Shown here: positions 49,714 to 62,317 of the stretch, one piece after another
Layout: every line of letters begins with the position of its first letter
Numbering within the stretch: the stretch's first letter is position 1
Assembly: GCA_904063045.1 (NCBI GenBank)
Contig: CAJFCJ010000001.1
Coordinates: 1,302,001 to 1,366,000, forward strand
Direction: 5' to 3'
From: Dimorphilus gyrociliatus
Lineage: Eukaryota > Animalia > Annelida
DNA: 64,000 nt
Position numbers and translations under genes: made by a program
Notes under the pieces: model-generated
Database searches by the model: none
Told to the model about the DNA's origin: nothing
Seen by the model: only the letters and a program-made list of their open reading frames with translations

Positions 49714-51667
49714 ATGGATGTTACAGAAGTTTTTAATAATGCGGTTTGAATTATTTTTACGTAGTAAATATATAATTGATTAATGGTATCTTCATTGTCG
49801 CTCATCAGGAGCAAACACCGAATCGAGCTCTGCCTGGAAACTCTCATCAAGGTGAAAAACGTCCGGCAGGGGATGAACCAGATGTTGTGCCTCGCAAAAT
49901 ATCAGCGGAGGAGCATAAAAGACGACTATTAGAATTAGTTGAACAAGCAGAGGATGTACCAGATAGCATAGATGAAACTGGATTAAAGAGAATGATACTC
50001 TCTTTTGAAAAGAGGGTTAACAAAAATCAGGAACTTCGTATCAAATATTCCAACCAGCCTACAAAGTAATTTATCTTAGAGAAAACTTCTTTTCTTAACC
50101 TTTGATCATTCTTTTTCATAGATTTGTCGACTCTGAAGTCGACTTGCACGCAGCTATACAGGAACTTCACGTTATCGCTACGCAGCCTAATCTTTACGGA
50201 ATCCTTGTTCAATTTAAAGCCCATTCCACCTTGTTACAATTACTCCTTCACTCGAATACGGATATTGCTGTTGCGGTTGTTGATTTACTTCAAGAATTGA
50301 CCGATATTGACGAAGACAATCAAGAGGACAGCGGTATCGATTCCCTAATTGATGCCTTAGTAAGTTTTTTATTCATAAATTTAAATGCAAATAGTGAATG
50401 TTTACATTTCTAGATGGATGAACAACTGCCATTGACGTTAGTGCAGAATATGGATAGAATGGATGAATCAATTAAAGAAGAAGCATCCGCGATACATAAT
50501 AGCCTTGGTAAATACATATTAAAGTAGATGAATTTTTTAAATCTGAAATTGAAAATATTATATATATTTGTAGGAATAATTGAAAATATCATTGACGTTC
50601 AACCCGAATTAACGGTTACGATTGCCAAACAAGGTATACTTGCATGGATACTTAAACGACTAAAACTCAAAGCTTTCGAAGCCAATAAGCTGTACTGTAG
50701 TGAAATTTTATCCATTCTACTACAAAATCAAACAGGTATTTGATTAATAAATAAAAAGCCAGAGAATTTCCTTCTTCCATTACAAATTATTAAAAATCAA
50801 ACAGAAGTACAAAAGATGCTCGGAGAAGCGGATGGTATAGACATTCTTCTACAACAGTTAGCTACGTATAAACGAAATGAGCCATCTTCAAACGAAGAAA
50901 TTGAGTATATGGAAAATATTTTCAATTGCGTCTGCTCTATTTTGAGCCTAAACGAGAATAGAGTACGTTTTGTTAAGGGAGAAGGAATACAACTAATGAT
51001 TTTGATGTTGAAAGAAAAACACGCCTCCAGAAACTGCGCTATAAAAGTTCTAAATCATGCCTGCAGTGGAGATGACGGTGGTCCCTGTTGTTCGAAGCTA
51101 ATTGAATCTCTAGGACTAAGAGCAATATTTCCACTGTTTATGAGAACTCCTAAACGTCATAAAAAAGCCGGTCCAAATCAAGAGGAATTAGAAGAGCATA
51201 TTATAAGTATCGTCACATCTCTAGTTAGACACAGTGAAGGAGCTCAACGTCAGCGTTTAATGACCAAGTTTTCTGAAAACAATCACGAAAAGATCGAAAG
51301 ATTGCTCGAATTACATTTTAAATATTTGGAACGAGTTGAGGTTGTTAATAAGAAAGTGGAAAAAGAAAGAGAGCAGCTTCTAAAATACGGTGAAGTTGAC
51401 GAAGAAAATGAAGAAGAATTTTATATGCAGCGATTGGAAGCTGGTTTGTTTTGTCTCCAAATGGTTGATTATACTCTAGTTGAGGTATCCCAAGCTGGTC
51501 AAGATGTAAAAAATCGAATATTTGAAATTCTCCGAATGCGTGGAGCCTCTTCAAAAGTAATCAAGACTGTCGTTCGAGAATACGCCGATAATATTGGAGA
51601 TGCAATGGATGAGGATGACAGACGACATGAACAGGAGCGGATTTTGCAATTGGTTGATGAATTCTAA
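49714..51667 (+). CDS. CTNNBL1: Beta-catenin-like protein 1, 6 exons
   Basis: MDVTEVFNNA|..LKRMILSFEKRVNKNQELRIKYSNQPTK|FVDSEVDL..ANKLYCSEILSILLQ..EEFYMQRLEAGLFCLQMVDY. Confidence 0.95.
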
Positions 51668-51907
51668 GACATTAGCTTATCGTGTAGATTTAGTATCCAC
51701 ATCATTAACTGAACTCTTTCCGAGTACAGTAATATCTTTTCTAGTTATATTACAGTTTTATATATGTATATACAATAATTTATAGTGCGTTATTTCCTGT
51801 AGATTAAATATCAAGTTTCTTTTTATAAGTTCATAAGTCTTGATATTCACCTGGTCCACTGACTCTTTAAAAGTTATACCCGCTTAAGTTTTAAGTGATG
51901 AAAACGT

Positions 51908-52373
51908 CTAGAGTGTCGCCAAGAATCTTGTGAACGATATAAATAATGAGGTAGCTGTTTGCCCAACTCCAAATAGCATGGCATGGTATCCATTTAACGT
52001 AAAGGTTGAAGCGTTATATACAAAGGCAATTACGGCACCTATTCAATAATGATAATAATAGATCTACGTATAAAATATGTAAATAAAAGACTAACTGGTA
52101 ATAACACCGCCAGTTATTGAAAATAGAACACCAGCAGCAAATATTAAAGCAGGAACAAATCTACCAATTTTATGTCTTCTTAATCTGACGAAGGCTATTA
52201 TCGTGGCTATTGTATGAGTTATAAGATTTGATAAAAAACACCACATCCATATTTGATGCCACATATCTGCATGAAAAAGTAAAATATAGAACAAAATTTT
52301 ACATTTAAGTAGACAAAGAGGATATACCCGAGAAAGAATCGGAAAATTTCTCAAAACTGTAATATATGGCCAT
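51908..52373 (-). CDS. TMEM170: Transmembrane protein 170, 3 exons
   Basis: DMWHQIWMW..LRRHKIGRF..GGVITS|AVIAFVY..GVGQTA..SFTRFLATL*. Confidence 0.9.
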
Positions 52374-52708
52374 GATGACTTCTACCCTAACCCGTCACGA
52401 TTAAAATTTGTAAAGAGACAGCTATATCTATTCAATAGAAATAAATAGTTTTGTCATCTAATACAAACGAAATAAACAGAGATTGTCATTCGAGTTATTA
52501 TATGTTTGGTATATTTTACTAAAATATATCAGAAAACTGGTAGTAGGCCTATGTGCGCGCATGCGTCTAAACTTTGGCGCGCGGTTCATTTGGTACGATT
52601 TCAACTGAAACTGTCCCACATACAGATAATAAGTACGACGCAAATGACTATAGTTAAATTTAATTAACAGAAGTAATTTGATGTTAAAAAGAAACTGAAA
52701 ACTTGATA
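52374..52708. promoter_or_regulatory. Probable bidirectional promoter TMEM170/Bcl-2 family gene
   Basis: Divergent ATGs are 335 bp apart. NRF1-type CGCGCATGCG (52556-65) and E2F-like TTTGGCGCG (52573-81). Confidence 0.55.
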
Positions 52709-53556
52709 ATGTTTAGAAAAGATAAAGCTTTGTTTCGTAAAAATAGCTCGTCGTCTATAATTATTGGAAACGTAATTGATTATATCAGCAAGGGCAAGAG
52801 GAAAAAATTGAGTCCGGGTTTGGTCAATTCAATTCATCAGTTTTCGGAGAAAATCTCTGAGGAGCTATTAGAAATGGTTGATAATGTACCGGTAACTTCA
52901 AGGGAATCTTTACAACAGTCTTTTTTATATGTAATGGAAAATATGTTCGAAGATAAGATATATACTTACGAAAGAATTTTATGTATACTAGTATTCGGAG
53001 GTCTTATAGCCAAAAGATGTATTAAGGAAGGAAGAAAGAATCTTATAAATATAGTAAAAGAATTACTAGAGCAATTCATAAATGATAATATATTGGATTG
53101 GTTAAACAAACACGGAGGATGGGTAAGTGTATTAATATGAGAACAAAGATGTAAATATATTAGAGAAAATGTATTTTTTTTTTACAATCCTACGAAAATC
53201 AGTAACCAAGTTTTACATTTTAGGAATTAAAATAATCTGTGTTCTATGGAATTATAACAAAGGGAAACACATAGCTTAAATATATTTCTCATATATTTAA
53301 CTGTTGGCTTTATAATCTCCTATTGTAGCTTCTATTTGATTTCTACTTAAATAATATTCAATAGAATTACTAGACAATATACTGAGTCTACGATGAAAAT
53401 TTGATAAATCTAAAATATTACTTATTACTTATTTACAAACAGGAAGGATACTCTGCATATTTTGAAGAAGAAACTATTGGGGTATTACTTCTGAAAACTG
53501 GTCTTGCCGCTGCTGGTGTAGTAACATTAGCTATAGCTGCAATCAGACTTTATTAG
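52709..53556 (+). CDS. Bcl-2 family protein, about 175 aa, tail-anchored (exons 52709-53122, 53443-53556)
   Basis: BH1-like MFEDKIYTYERILCILVFGG, BH2 ILDWLNKHGGW|EGY with a phase-0 intron after GGW as in Bcl-2/Bcl-xL, and C-terminal TM GVLLLKTGLAAAGVVTLAIAAIRLY*. Confidence 0.8.
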
Positions 53557-54642
53557 TGTTTCTCTCATACTAAAACGTAATTTTCTAATTATTCCGTTTG
53601 ATTAGTAGTGATAATGTTTTTTTTTAAATTTCTTTTTCAACGATTTTCACCTCAAGTGCCATTTATTACTCATCAACTAATTAAATTATTATAAAATTTA
53701 CGTGCAGGTATATAACTATCAATGCAAATTTATTTTATTGTTATCATATCGCTATTGTTATTTAATGTGTAATGAATAATAAAATTTTGGTTCTAACGTA
53801 CAATATTGTTGTATTTTACAATCTTAACCAGTTATATACAGTATATCCGTACCATCTAAAAACATACACTATTCAATATTTAACACTATGGTTCTGTCGT
53901 TAATTATTCATATTAATATCATATCAAATATATTAATGATTATTTGATACATCTCTCTCTCTCTCTCTTTCTCTTTCAAGACAAATTAGGGTCGCTTTTA
54001 TTATTATTATTTGTTTTAATATTTTCTTTAATTTTTAATATACCGCTATCACTTTTAATACAAGATATTCATTTAGGACGTTTTTAATTGGTTCTATCTT
54101 CAATATAGATTGAATGGTTTCATTGATTTTTTTTTTTTTGTAGAAATAGGAAGATAAGATATACGATTGGACTTTTTTCTTGCAAAGTAGGGTAAAGGCA
54201 ATTGGCTTTTACTTGCATTTGGGATTAGAGAAATTAGGATGAATTCTCTTTCGTTTGCTAAGATTCGATGAAGTGACCTAAGATACATAAATTATGTGTA
54301 GGCTGAATCAAAGTATGGACACTAGTTTCTGTATACAAATTGGAAGCGCGAGGCGAATAGATGAGTAGTTTGGTCGATTTGCGAATATATTTTAATTACG
54401 TTGCAAGGCAACGTCTATTCTAAACTATCGGAAGAGTTTTCTTCGTCAGTTTACATTTATTGATTATCAACAATTGCGAAAGGTCTAATCTAGTAGAAAC
54501 CACTTGCGGCCTACATTAAATTTACCGAAACTTGCTGCAGAATAATTTTATCGAATTGTAATGGCTGTAAATCTTTAATTCAGTTGATAAATTTTAAGAC
54601 ATTTAGTTCGTACTCACACAATTTATCTAAAGATAAACAGTG

Positions 54643-55635
54643 TTAACCAACTAACAAAGTGTCATCATCGACAAATTCGTATTGGGGAACTTCTAAATTC
54701 AATGGTGCAGGGCCTTTACGAATTCTACCAGAGGAATCGTAATGGGATCCGTGGCATGGACAATAATAACCTCCGTATTCGCCGGCATTGGCAATAGGAA
54801 CGCAACCTAAATGAGTGCAGACTCCAATCAAAACTAACCATTCAGGTTTCTGAATTCTATCATCGTCGTGTTGAGGATCACGGAGGGATGCCACATCAAC
54901 TTGGCGTTCTTGCTCTATTTCCTCTGCTGTCCTATGCCTGACGAATAATGGTTTTCCTCTCCATTTGAATGTCACGCTCTTTCCCTCAGGAACGTCTCCC
55001 AATTTTACTTCAATCTTGGCTAGAGCGAGAACATCAGCAGAAGCCGCCATTGACATAACAAATTGCGTTACAACAGACTTTGCTGAATAAGTGGTTGCTA
55101 CAGCTCCTCCTACAAGAATATAACTTTAATTTAGTTACGTAAATAAATTGTTTTTATAATACAATTCATTTCTCGAGCAAGTTCTTTTTATTAAAGTTGC
55201 AGCTCGAAGGCAATGATTGTTTATAATCTCACCTCCAACTACTAAATACGTAAACGCCTTTCTGGGCAAGTCAGTCTGCTGGTTTCGAGCATTTGGTGAC
55301 TTGACAGAGTCTTTCCTATAGGCGGAAAAGTCGGGTACCTTAGCTATATCTGTATGCGCAAAACGCACTTGGGTGGCTGTGAAAAGATGAAAATTAAATG
55401 AAGCTGAAGTGATCTATTAAAAGAACCTACAGTTAAGACCACTGGATGCGAAATTCTGTTTCCACAACACACTCTGGTTCTTAGAAGCAATATCCTTGCT
55501 GGTATTAGGAGAGAAAACGGCTTGTTCTGCTTTCACGGTCGCTAAAGGTAACAATGGTTTCAGACTCGTGACGGACAAATGGGTTGCCGACAAATGCGGC
55601 ATAATAGAACTGGATCTAGCAAATATTGTTGCCAT
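54643..55635 (-). CDS. UQCRFS1: Cytochrome b-c1 Rieske iron-sulfur subunit, 3 exons
   Basis: [39 protein letters not shown] and CPCHGSHYD. Confidence 0.98.
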
Positions 55636-56370
55636 TTATATGAACTTATACTTTCGAAAGGTGACTTCTGCAAAATATGGACGACCAAGGACACTGAACT
55701 TTAATCGAACACTTCTCGTATAAATTTCAGAGGTACTACTAGAGACCTCTTTATTGTGAAAAGTTTAAATTTCCAATAGTTCACAAAACAGGCTTCAAGT
55801 ATGACCATAAGCTTTAGTTACATTTAAAAGAATATTAATAATTCATCGAAGTAAGAAATGTTATTATGACAATTATAAAGAAAAGAAGGAAATTATTTGA
55901 TATATACAAGTATATTGGTTAATATTTTGATAGTGACAATACAATCTTATATTTATAATTGAAGAAAAATATAATTTAATTTATTTATCCTAAAATTATT
56001 TATGTCTTCTATCTAGAATTATAAAATAGATAGAAATTCTCTATCCTTGTTATATCCGTTTATGAAATTTCATTAAGAAATAGCGTTTAATATCTTTAGA
56101 ACTGTTACTATAAAAAGAACAGATGGGTAGAGCTAGATTTACAAATTACTAAAATTAAAAAGATTTATCATGCTAAAAGAGCATGTAACATGAATATTTC
56201 CTTCCCATAATACTGGATTTATAATTATTGCTCTTATTTTTGGACATTACATTATGGAAATAAAAATAATAAAAACTCTTTTTCAAATATGGATAGTGTT
56301 TATTGGAAAACAATTTCTAAGCTAAAGAATTAATAAGAAGCTATATTAATAAGATTTCTTCTTAATAATT

Positions 56371-58130
56371 TTACGCTTTGTTGTAAATAACTTCTCCTTT
56401 TTTAATTACAGCCTCTATAAGATAAGAATGACTTCCTAATTGATATATCAAGTGTTCCCATCTGTAATAAAAATAATTGATAAATACACATGAATATATG
56501 CAGTTTTATGTAATTAAAGAACTCGTAAACGGGATAGTACCTCGGAGCATCCAGGATAATCAAGTCGGCAAATTTTCCTGTTTGTAAAGAACCATGCGTC
56601 TTTGAAAGACCTAGAGAATAGGCCGCATTCAATGTACTTGCTACAAGCGCTTCGTTCATTGACATCTCAAATAATACGCATGCTAAATTCATAACCATTG
56701 GCTATGGAATTAATAATATATGTAAATATAAAGTATATACTATGGAGTCTTTGATCATAGCCTAACGAACCATAGAGAAGCAATGGGCATTTGGATTAAA
56801 GTCACTCCCTAAAGCCAAAGGAATTCCAGCCTTTATCATTTTCCTTGCCGGTGGACGTTTCAAACGAAGGGTATAAGCTGTAGTCGGTAGGAGGACAGCA
56901 GCTGTCGACTTTTCAGCCATCTTTTCAATCCCTTGTTCCGAAATTTCTTCTAAATGACTGATAGCACGAGCGCCAAGATCTGCTCCCATCTGGTTAAAGT
57001 AACCTTAATTAAATTTCTATTATTACAATGTTGTCTTTTCTAGTATACTAACACTAGCCGATTCCAGCAAACTAAGTTCTTCGCCGTGAAAGTTAATTTG
57101 GAGTCCAATCGATTTTCCAGCATTTAACATCCTTCTAGTTTGCTCAACGTTAAATACTCCCTATTTTTTTTTCCAAATAAACGTAACCGAATATAGAATC
57201 TAATTAAAAGATTTTACAAACCTTTTCGCAGAAAACGTCAATGTTCTTGACATTTAAAATATTATCCCTAATTAGTTTATCAATCTGTGGTATTTGATTG
57301 CTTATTATGTCTTCAACGGCTTCGTCAGCAGTTTTTCCCCTTATTAGAATTATATTAAAATATTTATTAACATAATATATTATTATATTACTTGGGGATA
57401 GAATGAGCGCCGCAATATGTTGAAACAATATCAATTGGGACAAGTTTTCTAGCTTTTTCTATAACTTTTAACATTTTTATTTCGTTTTCTAGATCTAATC
57501 CGTATCCACTTTTTATCTCGACGGTTGTAGTTCCGCATTCCATCATTTTTCGTAAGTAATCTCTTAATGAGCTTAAAAGTTCGTCTTCTGTTGCCTTTCT
57601 AACGTGATCAACAGTGAAATTTATACCCCCACCAGCATTATGTACTTCCATATAACTCGCTCCTGCAAGCTTTTTCGTAGAAGGATCAATTAGATTTGGC
57701 CTATTTTTATTGTAATAATAAAACAGAAAACCTTTAACACAAACTCGTGAACTCGATCCCCACTCCAAACAGCGTGCGTGTGAGCGTCTATAAAACCCGG
57801 TATAATACTTTTCCCAGAAGCGTCTATTATCTTTTCAAAATTCGATTTTTCATATTTATTCAAAATATCTTTATTATATCCAATATCTTCTATATTCCCA
57901 TCCCTTTGTACAATTGAAAAAAATCATTACAATTGGTAACAAAAAAAACTGTAGGGCGATAAATCAACTTACAATCCAACTATCAAACAACATCCAGAGT
58001 TTTCAGTTTCGTTTAGAATTTTTGCAGTTTTCATACAGTCGCCGGTTAAGAATTCATTTTGATTGTCAATTATTTGGACAATCTGAGTTGCTGAGTGTAT
58101 TAGTAGTCTTTTACTCAATTTCTCTGCCAT
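56371..58130 (-). CDS. AMDHD1: Imidazolonepropionase (HutI-like amidohydrolase)
   Basis: IDAHTHAVWSGDRVHEF, GTTTVEIKSGYGL, TYCGAH, NFHGEEL, ALGSDFNPNA, GSLQTGKFADLIIL. Confidence 0.95.
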
Positions 58131-58865
58131 CTTCAAAAAAAAAATCGCGCTATGACTGAACAATTGCTTTAACGAACCGATTGTGTGCTTCTAATTGTGG
58201 TCTCGGATGACAATCTTTAAAAGACAATAAGCTTTTTCGGGTATCTTTTTAATAGTTTTTCTTAAAGAATTATTATCAATTGTTAAAGCACTCTGTATAC
58301 GGAGAATAGAACTTTAGTGCATGAAACGTAATCGAACAAATCGCATAATTTCGCTCATATTCATAAAAAGAGAAACTACTCAATTTTTTCAACTGCTCTG
58401 TCATAAGGTATTTATTTTTAAACAAAAAAGTAAAGCTAACGCTACGCAAGTTATTCTCAAAATAGAATACATTTATTAAGGCAACAGTTCATTTTATATT
58501 ACTCGTGTTACTTTTGCTCGGTTGAGCAGAATTTTTAAGACAATACAAGGTATAAAATCACATCACATTACTATTCATACAGTACATCCTGACAATTAAC
58601 GTACAATTTTATAGTTTCAATATATCTCTTGTTTATTTTTCAATTAATTATTATGCACTATTTAATAGGTTTGGTATTCTTCATTAATATCCTTTTTTAC
58701 CGGGAGATATTCGTTTAAATGGATATCTTAAGCAATAAATTTTATGCATAATTATGATATTAATTGAAAAAAAAGAACGTTTATACAAATATCTATGTTA
58801 GACTGAGGTTGTAAGTTTTATAGAGTCACAATTTTTGAGAATAGATGGTCGCATTTAAAAAAAAG

Positions 58866-58889
58866 GCGCCTTTATTCGAATAAAGGCGC
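58866..58889. repeat. Perfect 24-bp palindrome
   Basis: GCGCCTTTATTC|GAATAAAGGCGC. Confidence 0.9.
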
Positions 58890-59618
58890 AATTTCGATTA
58901 CAACCTGTTGTTGTATAACTCTTACCTACATCCCTTCTTTAGAGACAGTTCCACAATAATATACCCTTACCCATCTGGAAAATATTTTGCCTGAAAGTTT
59001 ATAAAGAATGTAGCCTCGGTCTGACATACAGTACACATATTTAGTCCGTTTTAAAGTAAACCACTTTTATAGGTTAGTCATTCTATGGCACTAGTTTTCT
59101 AGAATAAAAACTTTCACTGGCAGAAATTGATGATTAATTTAAAAAAAAAAGGCTTTTAATTTTATACGTAAATTCTTTCCTATTAAAACAAGTCATTATT
59201 ATGAATGGATCTTCCTTAAAACGGAATATACAGTAGCGATAAGCTACAAGGAGCACCACGTTTTTTTTATAAAAGTCAAAGTTTTCTTTAGCTTTAGCAT
59301 GAGCAAGATGTTTTTATTAACGAAGATAATTTACCTATCTTCAATTGAGAATTGATAATTATTTAATACAAACTATTCTTACTAAATTATTATTTCCATT
59401 GTAATAAACAAAGATTTTATATCTCAATTAAAGATAGGTAAATTATCTTCATTAATAAAAACATCTTGCTCATGTCGAAAAAAGGGATGCAAGTGTCCTT
59501 TTAGCTTATTTGTACTGTTTACCTTATCAGAAATAAAGAATACAAAGTCAGAGAAACACTGGAAGAAACTTGTAAAAATGAACACCCAAAAAAAAACAAA
59601 AAGAAACGAAACGTAGCG

Positions 59619-62009
59619 TTAAATATCGACTTCGGGTTTAGTATCAGTTCCGAAATACCTGTCTCCAAAGTTACCTAGAAATATGAATGAAAATTTATAA
59701 TAAGATCAACTTTCTTTTGTTTTTAAAAGATAGAAATTTACCTATCCCAGGTATAATATGGAACCTATCATTTATTTCTTTATCAACAGCTGTTGTCACT
59801 AATTTAACTTTTGGGAAGGCGTAAGCTATTGAATGAACTCCTGGAAAAAAATTTGTTTATTTACTTCAATTGTTAGACACGTGAAAAGTTCCGTTGACTT
59901 CGGATTTCTTTAATAAAACTCACCAACTTCAGCCATTATTAAACTTAAAAGCATAATTTGATCTTCAGGCACGTCATGATCCAATAGAATTCGTATTGCC
60001 ATAATTGCTGCTGCACCGGTAGCAACGGTAGGATCCAACAGAAATACGTGATGTTCTCCTATGTCCTTTGGAAGGCGTATATAATGCAACTCAGGTTCTC
60101 CAGTTTCAAAATTAGTTTGTATAAGTAACTTTCCAAGTCGAATGTCTTTGCACACTTCTGTTAAAGCAGGTTCCATTGTTTCTCCAGCTCTTAAAATTGA
60201 TACACCACATAACTGTAAGAAATTTTCAAAAGATATTCCATTAAAATCCTGAAGCAGATTATATTATATAATAGATAATTTACTTTTTTAGCTTTGCAAG
60301 CTTTTCCTTCGTATACACTCCCTTGAGGAGTTTCTATTTTCCTTTTCTACAAAACAATGAAAAAATTTTTATAACCGCTGACCAATAAACTAAAATATTA
60401 CTTCATATGGTAGATAAGATAAAGCCAATTCAACTAACAATCGCATTAACCGGTTTGAATAGAATATAAATTCATCTCTCGGTGTATCTTTACGTCTAAA
60501 AACAAAAGGAAAAATATTCAAGAACTATTACACGTTAAATACAAAAAACTAAAATAAACCTTATCATGGTATGTAGACTTTGTATTTGTTTAGTCTTTTG
60601 AAGTTGACATAGTTTAGGTGGCAAGGGTTGATCATCATGAGCACTTTCTTTCAATTCTGAGCGAAATTTATGACCTCTCTACAAAAGTAAAAAACGATTT
60701 TAATTATTCTATTACACACGGAATACCAGCTGGTTTTTTTAATTGATGAAAAATAAACTAATTTTACCTTTAACAGTTGTGAATGAACATGATTTTTGAT
60801 TAAAGATATGGCGATTAAATTTTCTCCTCCTCTTGGCACAATAATATCAGCAACGTGTGTCATTGGTTCGATATAGTGATTATAAGCTGGCTTAACAAAT
60901 TTATCATATTGTTTCATTACACCGGTCATATCTCTGCCTCTTTCACCAATATCTCGCTTTAATCTCCTTACCAACCTAATGTCAGCATCGGTATCGACGA
61001 ATACTTTCATGTCTAACAACTTTTTTATAAAAAAAAAGTAACGTTTATTAGTGTGTCATTTGCAAAACTTGACCGTAATAACTTACATCTCTCAGCTCTT
61101 TCGAGTGGAAAGCCAATATACCTTCAAATATCACAACGTTTGCACCATAAAGAGTTTTCTGAATGATTTTCGGTTAATTAAATGGAACAAAACTAAGAAA
61201 TAAAAATATTCTCAGAACCTTTTCTTTCTCTCTGGAATGAGTTGTAAAATTATAAATTGGAATTTCAATTGATTTTCCTTTTTTTAATCTCTTTAGAGTT
61301 TTTATCATTAGTTCAAAGTCAAAGGCATCAGGATGATCAAAGTTATATTCATTATTACAAGCATCTTTATGTTGCTCTTCAGTTAAAACCTATCAATAGA
61401 ATGAATGTAATTATCATATTCTTAAAGTTTTTCTTATTGCAGATTATACTTTATAAAAAGAGTCCATAGACAAGAGAGAAACCCATTGGATACTTAGGGA
61501 TTCTATGATTTTGGTTGCAACAGTTGTCTTTCCAGAAGCACTGCCACCGCATATACCTATAAAATTTTATTTAATATTTAATTTATATTAAAAGATCTAT
61601 AGTATAGTTGTTTTTTATTACCGATCATAAAGGCTTGTTCCAGTTGTCCCCGAGAATCATACCATGGCGGCCTTCCTTGTGTATAGATAGTTCGAATTCC
61701 CGATCTAACAACAGGATTTGCTGTGTTACTTGACGAAGTCGTTCTCTGTCTAAGTTTTTTGTTAACTTTTGGTGGTTGTAATTTAGAGAGTGTAGCATCA
61801 TCAGTAATCGCTGATGAATCAACATCGGCTTCTATCGAACTGTGAAAGAGAGTAAGAATATCTAGAGCCAATATGATATCGGAAGTCAAATGAATCGAAC
61901 AATTGATACTTTATTAAGTATTATACCTTTCTGAAGAGGCAGATTGCAGCTCAACAGTTTTAATTCCTTGATTTGCGCAATCTGCCGAGTTACACGTTGG
62001 TGCCGCCAT
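59619..62009 (-). CDS. UCKL1: Uridine-cytidine kinase-like 1 (UCK plus UPRT-like domains)
   Basis: [12 protein letters not shown]-loop [61 protein letters not shown]. Confidence 0.95.
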
Positions 62010-62317
62010 CTTTTTCGTTCTATCTAAATACCAACTGGCAAGACGTCAAGCACTCAAATTTCGTCCTTCTTTTTATAATCTCTGTTTTAATATAAAATTT
62101 ACTTATAAATATATTTATTAAAACCAAGATTTAGAAATAACCATATAAATGTAAAATTTTTGATATATCGATTTTAAACATAAGTGAATGGGCTTGTTTT
62201 GAGGGATATAGTTAATCCAGACTATTTATCAATCATCAAATAGGATAGTTTATTATTCAGAATTGATATCTAATGACTAGATTTCAGTATATAACATTTA
62301 ATATGGTTCGAACAACG

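Noticed and set aside
56371-58130. HutI-like gene as a possible bacterial transfer
   Set aside because: It is intron-rich and matches the ordinary metazoan AMDHD1.
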